Shown here piece after piece: positions 1 to 13,372 of a stretch of 64,000 nucleotides of DNA. The stretch spans positions 46,996,001 through 47,060,000 of the forward strand of contig NC_092352.1 in the NCBI RefSeq assembly GCF_963676685.1. Reading direction: 5' to 3'. Position 1 is the first letter of the stretch. Every line of letters starts with the position of its first letter. The DNA comes from Mytilus edulis. Its lineage: Eukaryota. A model generated the notes under the pieces. That model had not been told where the DNA came from and did no database searches. It was given only the letters and a program-made list of their open reading frames with translations. Made by a program: the position numbers and the translations under genes.

Positions 1-527
1 TCGAACAGCGGTATACTACTGTTGCCTTTATTTACATGATGCAATGTCAATGGAAGTCTAAAAAGATGTAAAATCTTAAATTATATTACAAGTACAATGT
101 CGTTATAATATCTAATATCTAAAGGATCAAATCAGTAATCATGATGTAAAATTGAAATTTTATAGTTTCAAACCTATATCTTCTTATTGTGAAAAGTTAG
201 ACGCTGCAACAACGAAAAGGATGAATTAACAAGACCGAATGATGGTGTTCTTAATATAGTTCGTTCCGTTATGATTCGAAGTTCATAGAAAAATTTATTT
301 CTTTTGCGATTTCTAGGAGAAAAAGTCTGAAGATATCAAAACAACAACAGCAAACACTAGTATAAGTTTATATTACTAAGGTATTTCAAAACATAGAAGA
401 AAAAACAAGGATATACTATCGGTGTTTGCAAGTAATTAATGTTTAAAGGGTGAACAAATGTTCTGCAGCATATTTATAGAAGTGTTTGGGTAATAAATCA
501 ATTAATATTGTTGTTTTATTACTTTAG

Positions 528-716
528 GAGCTGGTGGATTTACGAACAACAAATGTACAATTAAAAGATAAAGTTTTTCAATTGGAAACAGAGAAGGAGT
601 TCTATATATCTAAACTATTCAATAATCCAGAAATTATGAATATTTTAACAGAGTATTATGGAGCGAATTTAAATAGTTTGTGTGAAGTTAAGGAAGAAGA
701 AATGTTTACATTTTAA
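528..716 (+). CDS. Terminal (leucine-zipper) exon of an ATF3/Fos-type bZIP paralog; upstream exons lie outside the window
   Basis: Acceptor tttag ends at 527, phase 0. ELVDLRTTNVQLKDKVFQLETEKEFYISKLFNNPEIM aligns with the last exon at 24063 (ELKSLIDENRHLKERICCIETEKEFFLSNILRHPVI). Confidence 0.8.
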   Translation, partial: ELVDLRTTNVQLKDKVFQLETEKEFYISKLFNNPEIMNILTEYYGANLNSLCEVKEEEMFTF

Positions 717-819
717 AAACATTAATCAGAATTGCCATTGATAAAATATCTCATATCTAGTCAATATTCCGGAAAACCGGAATACTTCATAAAACATATA
801 TAAGGCTTTTTTTATATAG

Positions 820-1203
820 ACTAGACCGTTGTTTTTCCCGTTTGAATGGTGTTACACTATTAATTTTGGGGCCCTATATAGTTTGTTGTTCGGTGTGAGC
901 CAAGGCTACGTGTTGAAGGCCGTACATTGACCTATAAGTGGTTTACTTTTATAAATTGTTATTTGGATGGAGAGTTGTCTCATTGGCACTCATACCACAT
1001 CTTCCTATATCTATTTATTAATCAATGGGAGATAACATACATGCTAGCTCTAGTAATTTTGGGGCCCTTTATAGCTTGTTGTTCGGTGTGAGCTAAGGCT
1101 CCGTGTTGAAGGCCGTACTTTAACCTATAATGGTTTACTTTTTAAATTGTTATTTGTATGGAGAGTTGTCTCATTGGCACTCACACCACATCTTCCTATA
1201 TCT
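820..1203 (+). repeat. Two adjacent copies of an interspersed repeat
   Basis: taattttggggccc..tatag..ttgttgttcggtgtgagc....ttgtctcattggcactca.accacatcttcctatatct occurs at about 860-1012 and 1054-1203. Related diverged copies lie at about 11180-11370 and 54900-55240, and reversed at about 8590-8680 and 33490-33760. Confidence 0.75.
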
Positions 1204-2032
1204 AGCTAGTGTGCAATAGAACTTACGTTTGATAATGACGAAGAAGATTAGTATCTTCGTACATAATAATTTTTGGAAATTATATACGTCTGTTCCATTG
1301 AAAATTAATAAAGTAAATATCAAAATATCAACACGTCGAAATATCACGACGATTCAACAATTAGAGGGAAAGGTTTCAAACATCTGACACTGTATCTTGA
1401 TCTCACCAAAAAATGGCGTTTCAGCATACAAATTAGAACAAGCACATTTTTACTCAAGATTCACAATGAAATGTTGAATTATGTTAGAATAAACTGAAAG
1501 GTTTTAAACAGGACACATGTCATTGTAAGAAATTAAATAATGACTTGCTGATTAAATATTTCATGACCAAACAACACAATGATACAATTTGTAGAACTAG
1601 AATTTGCTGATAACCTGATAAAGGTCATCGAGTAAAGGAGTCCTGTGTTTTTTTAGAGTCTTTTCCATATGTTAAGAAAGAATTTTGTTTCTGTAATGTG
1701 TTTTGTTTTCCCTTTTTAATGTCTTTCTCCTAAATTGGCTGGTTCTGTTCCATGATTGTGTGTGTAAATGTTTATTCTTATGAGTTTCTGTGCACTCTGC
1801 TGGTTTTTAATCTATAGACAAAAAAGGTTCTCAGCTATTCAGTTTTACTCGATCTTAAGTTCTGTGGATTTTTCTTGCTACAATGTTTTTTTACATTTCA
1901 TATTTTTCTTAAGCATAAGCCCTATAAGGATTAGTGGCGGCTGTTTATTTATGTGGTGCTGATTTAAGGGAATATAAAATGAAAGCTAATTGTTGAATTG
2001 TGATTTAAACTGAAGATTGATATACTAAATTT

Positions 2033-4030
2033 ATCTTATGTTCGGATTATGTGGTGAGACAAACATTCGTTAAGAGTTTCGTGGATTTTTTTTGCCTTGC
2101 CTATGATTGCTGATATCCGTGAGAAGGTGTAATGTTGATAGCACATATTAAGTTATTTCCAGTTATAAATAAAATTAAAGACATGTGTTCCGTTGCTAGT
2201 TTTGTTTATCATGAAGAAGTTTAATTTTTTCTATTTATGGTGGAATTTAATGAAGTTTGGAAATTTATTGATGTCTGAAAAACGGCAGCTCTAGGGGGTA
2301 TCTGAATGTAAACTAAAACATTATTTTCATTTCACAGTAAATACCTTTTAAAAAAATTGTTTTATGATAAATTCCTTATGAAGATCTGGTAAATGGGGTT
2401 AAACGATTATTGTTGTCTAAAAAACAGAACCAAAAGTAGAAAATTTCATTTATAGTTTACAAATAGTTAAATCATATATCATTCAAGGTGGCACGGTAGT
2501 ATTTCCTGGCCCATAAGGGATAATGATAGCCTTTTTAGAATTTTCACCACTTTCTAACACTGCAAAAAATTCTACATTCACAGTTAACTGAAGTACTTTT
2601 ATTTTACTATTCAGAAATGAATTTGAATATGTATCATGACCGTTTACCTAAGGCCACTAGTACTTTTAGGTCTTTTATGGTGCAGTGAATACAAAATTTT
2701 TTAAAATTCTCAAAAATTCATTTTCATCTGTATGTAAAATTATTTCATATTTTTCTACACCTGATTCATCCCTCAGTTTGGGAAAGTATGTTCAGTTGAC
2801 ACTGTATTGTTTGTCCAATCACACTGATTAGATACATTAACCTAAGTAGGGTACACAAAAGAGCAACCTAAATTCTGGAATGCAAATACTACCGTGCCAC
2901 CTCAAATAACCTAGGAAGATGAACTAACGCTAAAAAAATATGCTAAATAAAGAACATGGGAAATCCGTTTTCTAAAAATATAACTACAAATATTATAAGG
3001 AATTAATTTTAACTTCGTTTATGTGTGACCCTGGTAGATGTTTAAAAAAATTTAAGTGCTATTTATTGATGATTACTGAATAATCGTTGCATACCAATGT
3101 ACCTGTTTACTAATTATAAAATGACCACAATTATAGCAATTAACCTTCCAAGGGTTTGTCGGGTGATGTCTAATGTAATAATAAAGATTTTATAGGTAGG
3201 CGTGCATATGTCTTATATTTTTTACTTATTATTCGCTATGCTATACTTTAAACTACTGCTACAATCAAGAAATACCAAATCTTCATAAAACATGTTTTCA
3301 TAGAATATTCTATGATATATCATACACTTTTCTCAAAAACTCAATCAATACGAACTTTGAGAAACATTAAAAATCAAATGTACAAATCAATATAATTATG
3401 GTTACATGATTTGTGAATATTAAAAAATTTCATCGGTAGTTTTAAGTATTGAAAATTCTATAATTCAGTCCTTTCAAAACATCAAGAAATACGGTCTTCG
3501 TGGAAAATTGATATACCAAGTATAAGTAAATATAATTGATCCAGATACCTGATTTAAAAATCTTACAGTTTTTCAAAAGTAGATGTTGAATACCTAAAAG
3601 CGGTTTACACATTATTTTTCGATTTAGAATTAAAAAGAATTTAGAAATATACAATGTGTTAGGCTTATGTATTATAAAGGGAGAGGTTGTTTTAAAAATC
3701 TGGCACAGTCAGTGATAGTTTTTAACTTGCATGTATTTAAGACTGAAGAACTTGTACATATCCAATTTTACTAAAATATTGATAAAAAGGATAGCATGTT
3801 ATCACAACATAGTTTTCTAGGTTGTGTCCTATAATTTGTCTATTTTTCTTTTTCTTTTTTAGCCATGGCGTTGTCGGTGTGTGTTCGATCTATTAGTTAG
3901 ACTGTCCTTTGGTATCTCTCGCCCCTCCTTTATCCCAACGCCCATTTCTGTAAATATGAAAATGTCTGTTTCCGCCAAAATAGAATTCTAAATCAAAATA
4001 ATAGTCATAAATTGGATTGTAATTTATAAA
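2033..4030 (+). repeat. Non-coding segmental duplication, copy 1 (paralog of 4830-6853)
   Basis: Colinear matches run from gttcggattatgtggtgag (2040 vs 4836) through accttccaagggtttgtcgggtga and tcttcgtggaaaattgatata to tctgtttccg.caaaa. Confidence 0.85.
2487..2901. mobile_element. Non-autonomous TIR element (Kolobok-like MITE)
   Basis: TIR ggtggcacggtagtattt / aaatactaccgtgccacc with 4-bp TSD TCAA (2483-2486, 2902-2905). It is absent from the duplicate copy at about 5260 (empty site). Confidence 0.85.
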
Positions 4031-4829
4031 AACAATATATGTATGAGCTACCTGATTGCTAAACGCTTTTTAAAAAGCTGATAGTGTTTTAAAAATAAAA
4101 AAAACCCACATTTGATGAAAATCGATTCTAACTAACTAGAAAGAAATAATTAAAACAATAAACACAACATTGACTCGAAGAAAGTTATCATATGTGGCAA
4201 ATTTTATTCAAAAAGATTAGAGTTTTGAAAAGTACACAAACATTTTGTAAAAACTATTTTAGCTAAAATTAAATAAAAAATTAAAAAGAAGTTTGATTTA
4301 TCATATAACACATGAATGAAATTATGAAATAATGAGAATGCTGCGATCAGTTTAGGAAAGAACATATCTTTGCAATCATGGCAACACCATACTGAGAAGT
4401 TTTATATTAGATACTCTGTAAAGTTTATGCATAAATTTAGATGCGTTGTATATATACATTTACATGACTTATCTTTTTCCGACCGGTTGATCATTCTATT
4501 TATCCCCAACGTGGGGTTCTTTTGTTTTTTTATGCCCCTTATTCAGTAGAATTTTCTTGCTTTCATCTGAAATTTATATTGTGACTTTACGAGAAAAAAA
4601 GAGGCGACCATACCTAATGCCATAGAATGTACAGAACATATCATCTTTATAGATCATTAAAAAAGAAGGATATAGTTTATCTACGTGTTTTCATAAATTA
4701 TTTGAGAAAAAGATTCGAAAACCGAAACTCGTGCAATACGATATATATTCACTCTCGCCAGTGAAATGTTGATTACTAAAAAAGTGCATGCAACAAGCCT
4801 CAACTGAAGGTTTAAAAAACTTAAATATA

Positions 4830-6853
4830 TCTTAAGTTCGGATTATGTGGTGAGGAAAACATTCGTATAGAGTTTCGTTGAACTCGTTGCCTCGCCTATG
4901 ATTGCTGATATCCCTGTAAGGGTGTAATGTTGACAGCACAAAGCCATGTATCAGTCAAATGAAAAAAATGTTTCGTTGGTATTTTTTTCTTTCAGGAAGA
5001 CGCTTTTGTCTATGTTTGGTAGAATTTAATGAATGTTGAGAAATTTTTGATGACTGAAAGAACGACAACCCTTAGCGGTATTTAAATGTTAGCTAAACAC
5101 TATTTTCATGTAACAGTAAAATACGTTTTTTAAACCAATAAATTTTATAATACATTCCTTATAAAGATCTCGTAAGCGGGTTGGAAAGGGTATTTATTTA
5201 AAACAAAAAGTAGGAAAATTTCATTCAGGTCACAATAAGTTATACATGTATCATATATCATTTTTATTATTTAGGAAGATTAGTTGGTCCCGTTAATTTA
5301 ACGTTTGAATCAAATATGCTAAATGAAGAACATAGGAAATCCGTTTTCTAAAAATATAACTACACATCTAACAAGAAATTAATTTTTAACTTCGTTCATG
5401 TGTGACTCAGGTATATGTTTTAAAGAATTTTAAGTGCTATTTATTGCTGATTACTGACAAATTGTTGCAAACCAGTTTTACCAACTATAAAATTACCACA
5501 CATATAGCAATAAACCTTCCAAGGGTTTGTCGGGTGACGTCTAATGTAATAATAAAGTTTGTATACTGGGTAGGCGTACATCAGAAGTGTTTGAATCATA
5601 TGCATCAATTTGCACGTTTTATAATGGCTTGAATTTGTTACTCGTTATTTTCTTTGCTCCACTTTTAACAACTATTACTATCAAGAAATATCAGATTCTT
5701 TCAAAACATGTTTTTAAAGAATATTTTCATGTTATAGGTAATTATAATATTTTTTTAAAACTCAATCAATACGGTGTTCGAGAAATATTTAAGATTAAAT
5801 ACAAGTCAATTTAATTCTGGTTACCTGATTTATGAATCTTTAAGTTTTTCATCGATGAATTTCAAATATCAAAAATTGTATAATTCAGTCTTTTCAAAAA
5901 CTCAAACAATAGAGTCTTCGTGGAAAATTGATATATCAAGTATAAGTAAATATAATTGATCTAGTTACCTGATTTGTAAATCATAAAGTTTTCATAAGTC
6001 AATTTTGAATATTTAAGTCATAAGCACATGAAGAAACGAGTGAGTGGTGAAAAAAAATGTTTATCCAACTCTTGAACCAATGCATGTACATATCATAAAC
6101 GAAGTCCTCTGTGCACGATTTTCTCATTTTTTACGCAAATATATCGTATAATCGTCAATTTTTTTTTCTCTCTGTCTGTAATGATTTAACAAATATGGCT
6201 GCTCATTAAATGCCGTGTTTTGAAGCCGAAGTTTACCGATTGTCACCTTATAGTAAACAAATAACAAAAGGCATAGGCATTGAGCACGTGTTTAACATGT
6301 ACAATCAGATAATTGTTTATTCTAATGAATGTGTATTGCGATCACCGGATTTTTACGAAGAGGATTACGCTCAGGTCACTGTGCATACGGAAAATATGTC
6401 GGCGAATTGCTTCCTCGAAATTAAAGAATTTTCCCCAGAAAAAAGTATATGTACATAAGTTGTATAATGAAAACTATTCATTTAGTTATAAGAAACATAT
6501 GCATATTTTTTGTTAATTTGAGGTTTCTTATGACTTTAAAAAGAGATTAATATTAACTTTGAGTTTCAATTTTAGATTAAAAGAATACAAATATACAATA
6601 AGTAAGTCTAAAGTTCTATAAGGGGAATGGGATGTTTTAGCAAGAAGGTACAGGAAGGGATGATCTTTTAACTTATTTTAGACTTTTTTATTATATATTG
6701 AAGATGTCCAATATAAATCAATACTACTAAAAAATTCATAAACAAGATAACATGTTAGCATGATGTCAATTTCCGTAGATTTAAAATATCTGTTTCCGAC
6801 AAAACATAATTCCATATCAAATTATATTCATATATCGGATTGTTATTTTTAAA
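4830..6853 (+). repeat. Non-coding segmental duplication, copy 2
   Basis: Colinear with 2033-4030; carries its own insertion at 6016-6535. Confidence 0.85.
6016..6535. mobile_element. Probable TTAA-type (Kolobok-like) non-autonomous element
   Basis: Termini agtcataag...cttatgact with TTAA-like flanks; absent from duplication copy 1. Confidence 0.6.
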
Positions 6854-7604
6854 TATTTTTTAAAAAATTCATTGACAAGCAATTACATTAGTCAGTCTGA
6901 TATCACTTATACGTATGTTTCCCTGAGACTTTTAAATATCAATGTATTGCTTTTCATGCAAAATTGCAAGATTTGCCAATACATATACATCTTGAAAGAG
7001 AGTAGTTAACAGTCATATATCAGCAAATACTTTACCCCAAAAGATGTATTTCTAAAAGATTTCATATACAATCCGATATAAACAGTGACACGTTTTAAAT
7101 TCCATGCGTCCGAGACACTTTCATTCAGTTTAAAATTATATGTTTATACTTTCATTAACTTAATTGTCTGTGCCAAGTTTTCATATAATATCAATGTTTT
7201 AATTCATCTGAATAAAGACTTTCAGTTGCGGTCAAATTAAAACAGCATACGATTTCCCGCAATTTTGTATCTGAGAGGCAAATGTTTTATATCTTATAAC
7301 CGAATAATATGATGATACATAAAACAAACATGTACCAATATATATGTGTCTCGTGTTACATGAAGCGTAGTCAATAGGGATATATTAACGTTTATATGCA
7401 AACTCTTAGTACAACACAATATACTTTTGAAATGAATACCATGTACAAGTAATCACAGTTACTATTAAAACATAATAATGATAATTATGATCATGATAGT
7501 AATTTCCTGGAACAGGAAAACATGTGAGGAGATGCAATTAGGATAAACAGGAAGTATAAATGTTCGTCGTTTTTCGGTTTCAACATCTATATGATCAAAG
7601 AAAA

Positions 7605-9382
7605 ATGGCACAATCTCCAATTGGAACTTGTGAAATTTGTGTTCAAGCACCAGGATCACAGTACTGTAAACAATGTCGACAGTACTTTTGTAACAACTGC
7701 AAGATTGCTCATCTGAGATCGAAGATGGCACGTAATCATGTATTTGGGAAAAGAAACGAGACAGGCCAAGAGGAAGAGTTTATATGTAGGCATGTAAATC
7801 GACAACTGTTTATGTGTTTAGATTGCGATTTTCCGTTATGTACGACTTGTCTAGTTGAAAACCACAATGGTCATAACGTGGAAGATTTAGATAAAATATT
7901 TTCATCTTTGCACGACCAAGCATCTAAGGCGATGAAAGGGATTGAAAATGATTTTAAGCGTAAAAGCGGTGGTATGAAAACAATGACAACATCGTATGAG
8001 AAGGAGAGCGAAAAGCTTGAGCGATCGATTTTACTACAAGGAGAAATAATAAAGTCTAGTGTTGACAAAATGGTTAGCACAATCATTGATGACGTTAGGA
8101 AATCTCGCGGGAACGTGAAAAAACATTATCCTACATGTGTCGATGATGCAGTTTCAACTACATGTAAGAAATGGCAACAGCAGTTGGATGAAATTAGACC
8201 CAAAAAAGCAACAGGGAAGACTGTTTTTGAAATTCAGAAACTTCTTGATGAGATAAAAACAATGGAACTTCCAAACCTGCCTGATGCACCTACTGTTAGA
8301 TATAGTGCTAAACCTGTCGACGTAAAAATAATCAAGGATTTACTAGGAGGTGTCAAATTTTTGTAAGTAATTTAACAGATCTTATACTATTTTTTGTTTG
8401 TTTCACATCTCAAAAACGACAAGAGCTTGACATTATATTCATATTTTAAAACTACTTATAACATTCAGAATTGTATACTGCTGTTTCTGTTTACCACGTA
8501 AAAATTGAATAAAGGGCCTCATAAAGTCAGTCAAAATCCGGAAATAAGGGAGGGGAAAATCTCCCAGTCCAATTTGTTCGGAACGGTCTTTAACAATGAG
8601 CCTTGGCTCAAAGCGAACAGCAAGCTATAAAGTGCCCTAAAGAGACATGTAAAACCATTCAAACGAGAAAACTAAATCAATTTAAAATACGAGGCACGAA
8701 AAACACATATGAATCACATCAATAAGCTATTGAATATCAGATTCCTGACTTAGGATAAGTACAAACAAATGCAGCGGGTTTAAACGTTTAAATAGGTAAT
8801 ATGTATATAAACTCATCATAGATGTATGTTTATATATATTTATATATATTTCATCCACAAGAAGAAAATTGTGGCAGCTTTGAAATTCCCGAAAACTAAC
8901 TACGGGTCGCCACAACCGAAACCATTGGATAACTCCAAAGGAGTAATAGCTCTTATATGACTTTTTTTTTTACTATTTGTTGTGCTTAAGTCTATTATCT
9001 TAACGACACTTTTTAAAGTAAAAAGGAAGAAAGAACTGAAAACCATAAAAATGTATAGCCATATAAGTAAATGAAATAATTTGTGTTTTTCAGATCCTTT
9101 TCAAAACTAAACCCAAAATCAAAAGAATTGTTTTTGGTACCTGAAGGGTCTGGGTATGGTTTACGTTTCGTCGGTGGAAAGGATGTCAATGAAGAAGTAT
9201 ACGTGTCATTTGTTTCTTCTGAGGGCCCTGCTGCTAAGGCAGGTCTAAAGCAATTTGATCAAATAATCGCAGTGGATGGAAAACAAACTAAAGGCCTGAC
9301 ACATGACGAAGTCACAAGCATATTTAAGAATGCCAAAGGCAAAGAAAATGTGTCAATAACAATTACGCCTTTTCAGCAGTAG
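7605..9382 (+). CDS. RING-less TRIM-like protein: B-box1, B-box2, coiled coil, C-terminal PDZ (about 348 aa; exons 7605-8362, 9094-9382)
   Basis: B-box1 CEIC..CKQC..CNNCKIAH..H and B-box2 CRH..CLDC..CTTC..HNGH precede a helical region. Donor GTAAGT at 8363 (phase 2) joins acceptor ttttcag ending 9093 in frame (TT+A=Leu). The second exon is a PDZ (GYGLRFVGG..GPAAKAGLKQFDQIIAVDG..LTHDEV). Start taken from homology with the paralog (MAQ). Confidence 0.85.
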
Positions 9383-12300
9383 ATGTGTGTGTAGTGTTAA
9401 TATAGTTGCTGTACTATTTTATTCAAAGCTGAATATAAATTTTCAGCAATGTTTGAATTTATAAATTATTTGTAAAATTCTGAAATAAATTTTCGAAAGC
9501 AAAAATAATAGAACTTTACTTTTATTTTTTCAACTTATTCATTGTTTCATATTCGTAACCGCTTACTTTTGAAATTTAGATATAGAATAAAATAATACAT
9601 TCTTACAAATAAATGCAACTGTAAAGTAGCGAAGCTATATTAGTAACATAGTGTGAAGGCTGCTTCTTCACTTTACCAACTGTATTAGAAAAGAAGTCCA
9701 GAAATGAGAACAAAAATTCTACACCGAAGAACATGAACACATCATTCGATTTAACGACAAGCCTCAGTGTAAACTCTTGTTCCAACACACATGTAGTCGT
9801 ATGGCTTACAACTGTGCAATATAAGGACAAAGCTGATAGAGTACTCGATAGATACAATAAAGGTTCACGAAGGGTAAAAAATGGGCATACTTTGGAGAAT
9901 ATTTGGTACTTTTTAGAAAAGAATTGATATATTTAGCATTTAGACTTTTGAAATAGACCCATTTAAGAACCAAATTGAGACTTTTTTGGTGTTTTATGAT
10001 AAAGTTGATATTTTAGGCCATTTTGTGCCATAAGTGAACCTTGTCCTTTGCTTCATAGATTTCATTGATTTTGTTTGTGATAAGAATAGCAATGTATCAT
10101 ACATTGTTGTATGTGCATCATTAGCACTAAGATTCACTTATCATTCTAATGGTGATTTTGTAAGACACGTTAAGAATCCAATGACATTTTTTGTTATTTG
10201 TTGCCGATTGAGTGTATCCATTGAATGCAATTAAACTACTTGATTAGTTTGATGTCTTGTTACGTTTTTATTCACACAAAAAAGAACTACACAACAAATA
10301 ATTTTATAACAATTTATAAATTAATTCTTTATTTCCTTGTAAAACAAAAACAGAATGGTTGAATTTTTATTAATACTACGATATTAGCACTTGAAAGGTT
10401 AGATACTTTTCTTGTCTTTATGTTCGCTTATTGAATACCTCTTTGTGTTTAAAAAAAAATAATAAGTAAATGGAATTTAAAAGTGATACTTTAGGGAAAA
10501 TGACGATTTGAATAATTGAGGAAAACTGAGCAGACAGAATATCAAATTGAAATATTAGCCAGAAAAAAATACTGATTTACTATAAAGCAGACTAATAAAA
10601 ACGAATAGAAAAGTTGCACAACTAATATACAATATACTTAGTCAAAATAACATGCAAAACCAACAACAGTGAAATTTTTAGCCTATTTTATATTCACTAT
10701 GTAAAAAATATAAGTTCAAAAACTTGAAACGGACGTTGATTCTTATCTTATTTCCTAAGTATTCAACATTGCAATACCAGGAATTAAAACGTAAGGAAAA
10801 TAAAACTTATACAAACAGTCACATCAAGGCTAATTAACACACATTATACACAATGGAAAAAAAACCAATGAAGCTTGAACCCTATTCATATTGACAATAT
10901 CTTTACGTCCTAAGAAATATAAGTCAATACAATTTAAAGAGAAGTGTTTATCAAAATCTTTTCCAGGAGTAATTAAGATAAGTATATCAGTATCGAAATT
11001 CATGGACTTAATGACAACATCAGACTTATTAAAGTTGTAAAAGAACTGTGCACAATCAACGTGCTACATAATAAGTCAAAGCATCATGCAAGAAACACCA
11101 TAAGTAACTTCAGCTTTTCGTTTTACGATGTCATATTTGTTTTCCATCGTTCTGTTCAATCACAATCAGGCCGGAAGTTTTCTCGTTTTAATTGTTTTAC
11201 ATTTGTAATATCGGGGCCTTTTATAGCTGACTCTGTGGTAATGGTTTTCTTCGTTGTTGAATGCATTACGGTTACCCATGATGTTTAATTTTTATGTCAT
11301 TTCGTGTCTGGTGAAGAGTTGTCGCAATACAAATAATACCATAACTTCTCATTTTTATAATTTCTATCTACATTGTCTTTTTTTCAAAACACTTGTTTAT
11401 GTTACCAATAACAACAAACCTCATATTAACATACCATCTGGGAAGGCTTCTTAATACCATGTTAATGTAAATAAAATGTGTTGATTTAAATTAACAAACT
11501 CATAACGCAGTCATCCATAAAAAGGCCCCGAAATTGATTTGTATAAAAATCGGTCATGTTTTGTTCCAATCTTCATCTAAAAATCTCTAACTCATTGTTT
11601 TTTTTTAGGTTGCCGATTAAAATCTGTTTCTATGCTACATGAAGAACAAATAATTTCTATCACATTTTCGTTACCTTTGAGGGCCTTTTAGTTGAAGAAA
11701 ATTTAGGTTTTTGGTTAGTTGGTTAATTGTATGGATATTTCCTATTTAAGAATTGAAACAGAAATATATTTCCTCACTTTTTACAAAAATAGTTCAAATT
11801 TGACGAAGAAGTATTTGAAGGTTTAATGTATGTTGTGATGACTCGTTATCATTTTGGAACAATGTGTCCATTATTTGTTTACTCTTGTTTAGTTCAAAAT
11901 TCAAACAATGTAAAACCACATTAGTTAGTTCAATTCCGAGCAATTTCTATAAGAATAATTCTGAGGAAATTAAAAAAAAATGTCACTTATAACAATGAGA
12001 CCCTCCTATAATTGAGTCCTTTGTAATTGGAAATTATGAGAAATTATTGGCGTATATAAATACAAGATTTTGAATTTAAAGAAAGCATTTCTGATGCTTC
12101 ATATATTTTATAATGTTTTATCATCATGAATCCAGTAAATATTTGTCATCATAATTTCTGGATTGTGTATAACCGAAATAATGTACATTCTTGCATCAAA
12201 ATTGACAATACTGGTATCCTAATTTAGTTAAAACAATATACAGTATCAATGGTCTATATAAAGTGTTCTTCGTTTCAATTTTTCTAACGAATCGAACCGT

Positions 12301-13372
12301 TTTCATTGGCTATAAACTTTATTATGTCGTCTGCTTCTCGTAACGTTAGATCAGTATCATTCTTTACACGAACCTAAAGCATCCAGGAAATTACAGCTTT
12401 TTTTGTTTTAAACGGAAACGAGTAAATGTATTATGTCCTCCTTTATCTTTATATTTATAAACTAATTGTTCTTTATTCTTAAACACAAGTAGTTTGATGT
12501 ATGAAACAACTATTTGAGTTACAACGCTAAAAACCAAAGTAAAACTAGAAGTTTGTTTGTTTTTATTTATTTATTGATGCGAAAAACATCTTTTTCAGTA
12601 TAAAAATATGTTAGCAATGTATACGGTGTAACTTATAAACAGCTTTTCATGAGATCCTTGAGTGTTCAAATATCAATGACTTTTCTGAGGCTAATTCCAA
12701 AAAACAATTCAGACTCACCTAAGTTTATTATTTTTTGAAGTATGCAGTTATAATTTGCAAATAGGTTCATGCATTTCAACTAATAAAAAAACCTTTTATA
12801 AGGGCAACGGTAGTGTACCGTTGTTTAAAAGTAAAAATTGACTAAGATTGTCAGTTTTCCTATCGAAGGTCGGTTGTTTTTTCAGGACACATCGACGTCC
12901 TCCTTCAATAACAATATAGTCGCCACGAAATAACCTTAAAGTGGCACTAAAAACTGGCGTTAAAATACAAACAGTCAATCGATCAAAACACATAAGTCGA
13001 ATGAGAGGAAACATATCCAGGTCACAAAATAAAAAAACTACAAGAGGAAAACAACGAAACAACAGAAACACTGAGGTGCAACATATATGACTGCGTCATT
13101 TGGAATTATTGCGATCACTTGGTGTACGTGTTCGATGTCCGTCGTCGTACGCTTTTTCAAAAAGCTCTTTTTTAACTACTGGAGATCATCATGTAGTGTC
13201 AACCTTATCACACTCAACAAAGTATACAAAGTGAATTTTATTTTCTCACTACGATTATTATATTCATAATAGTATTTACCAGGAAAAAGAAAGTTTGGGA
13301 TGAGATAAAATACACTTATATGAACAGGAAGTTAAAACATTCGACCTGCAACTTCCACATGATAAAAGGAAA

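Noticed and set aside
6210-6516. ORFs of 82 and 67 aa
   Set aside because: Inside a TIR insertion; no recognisable domain.
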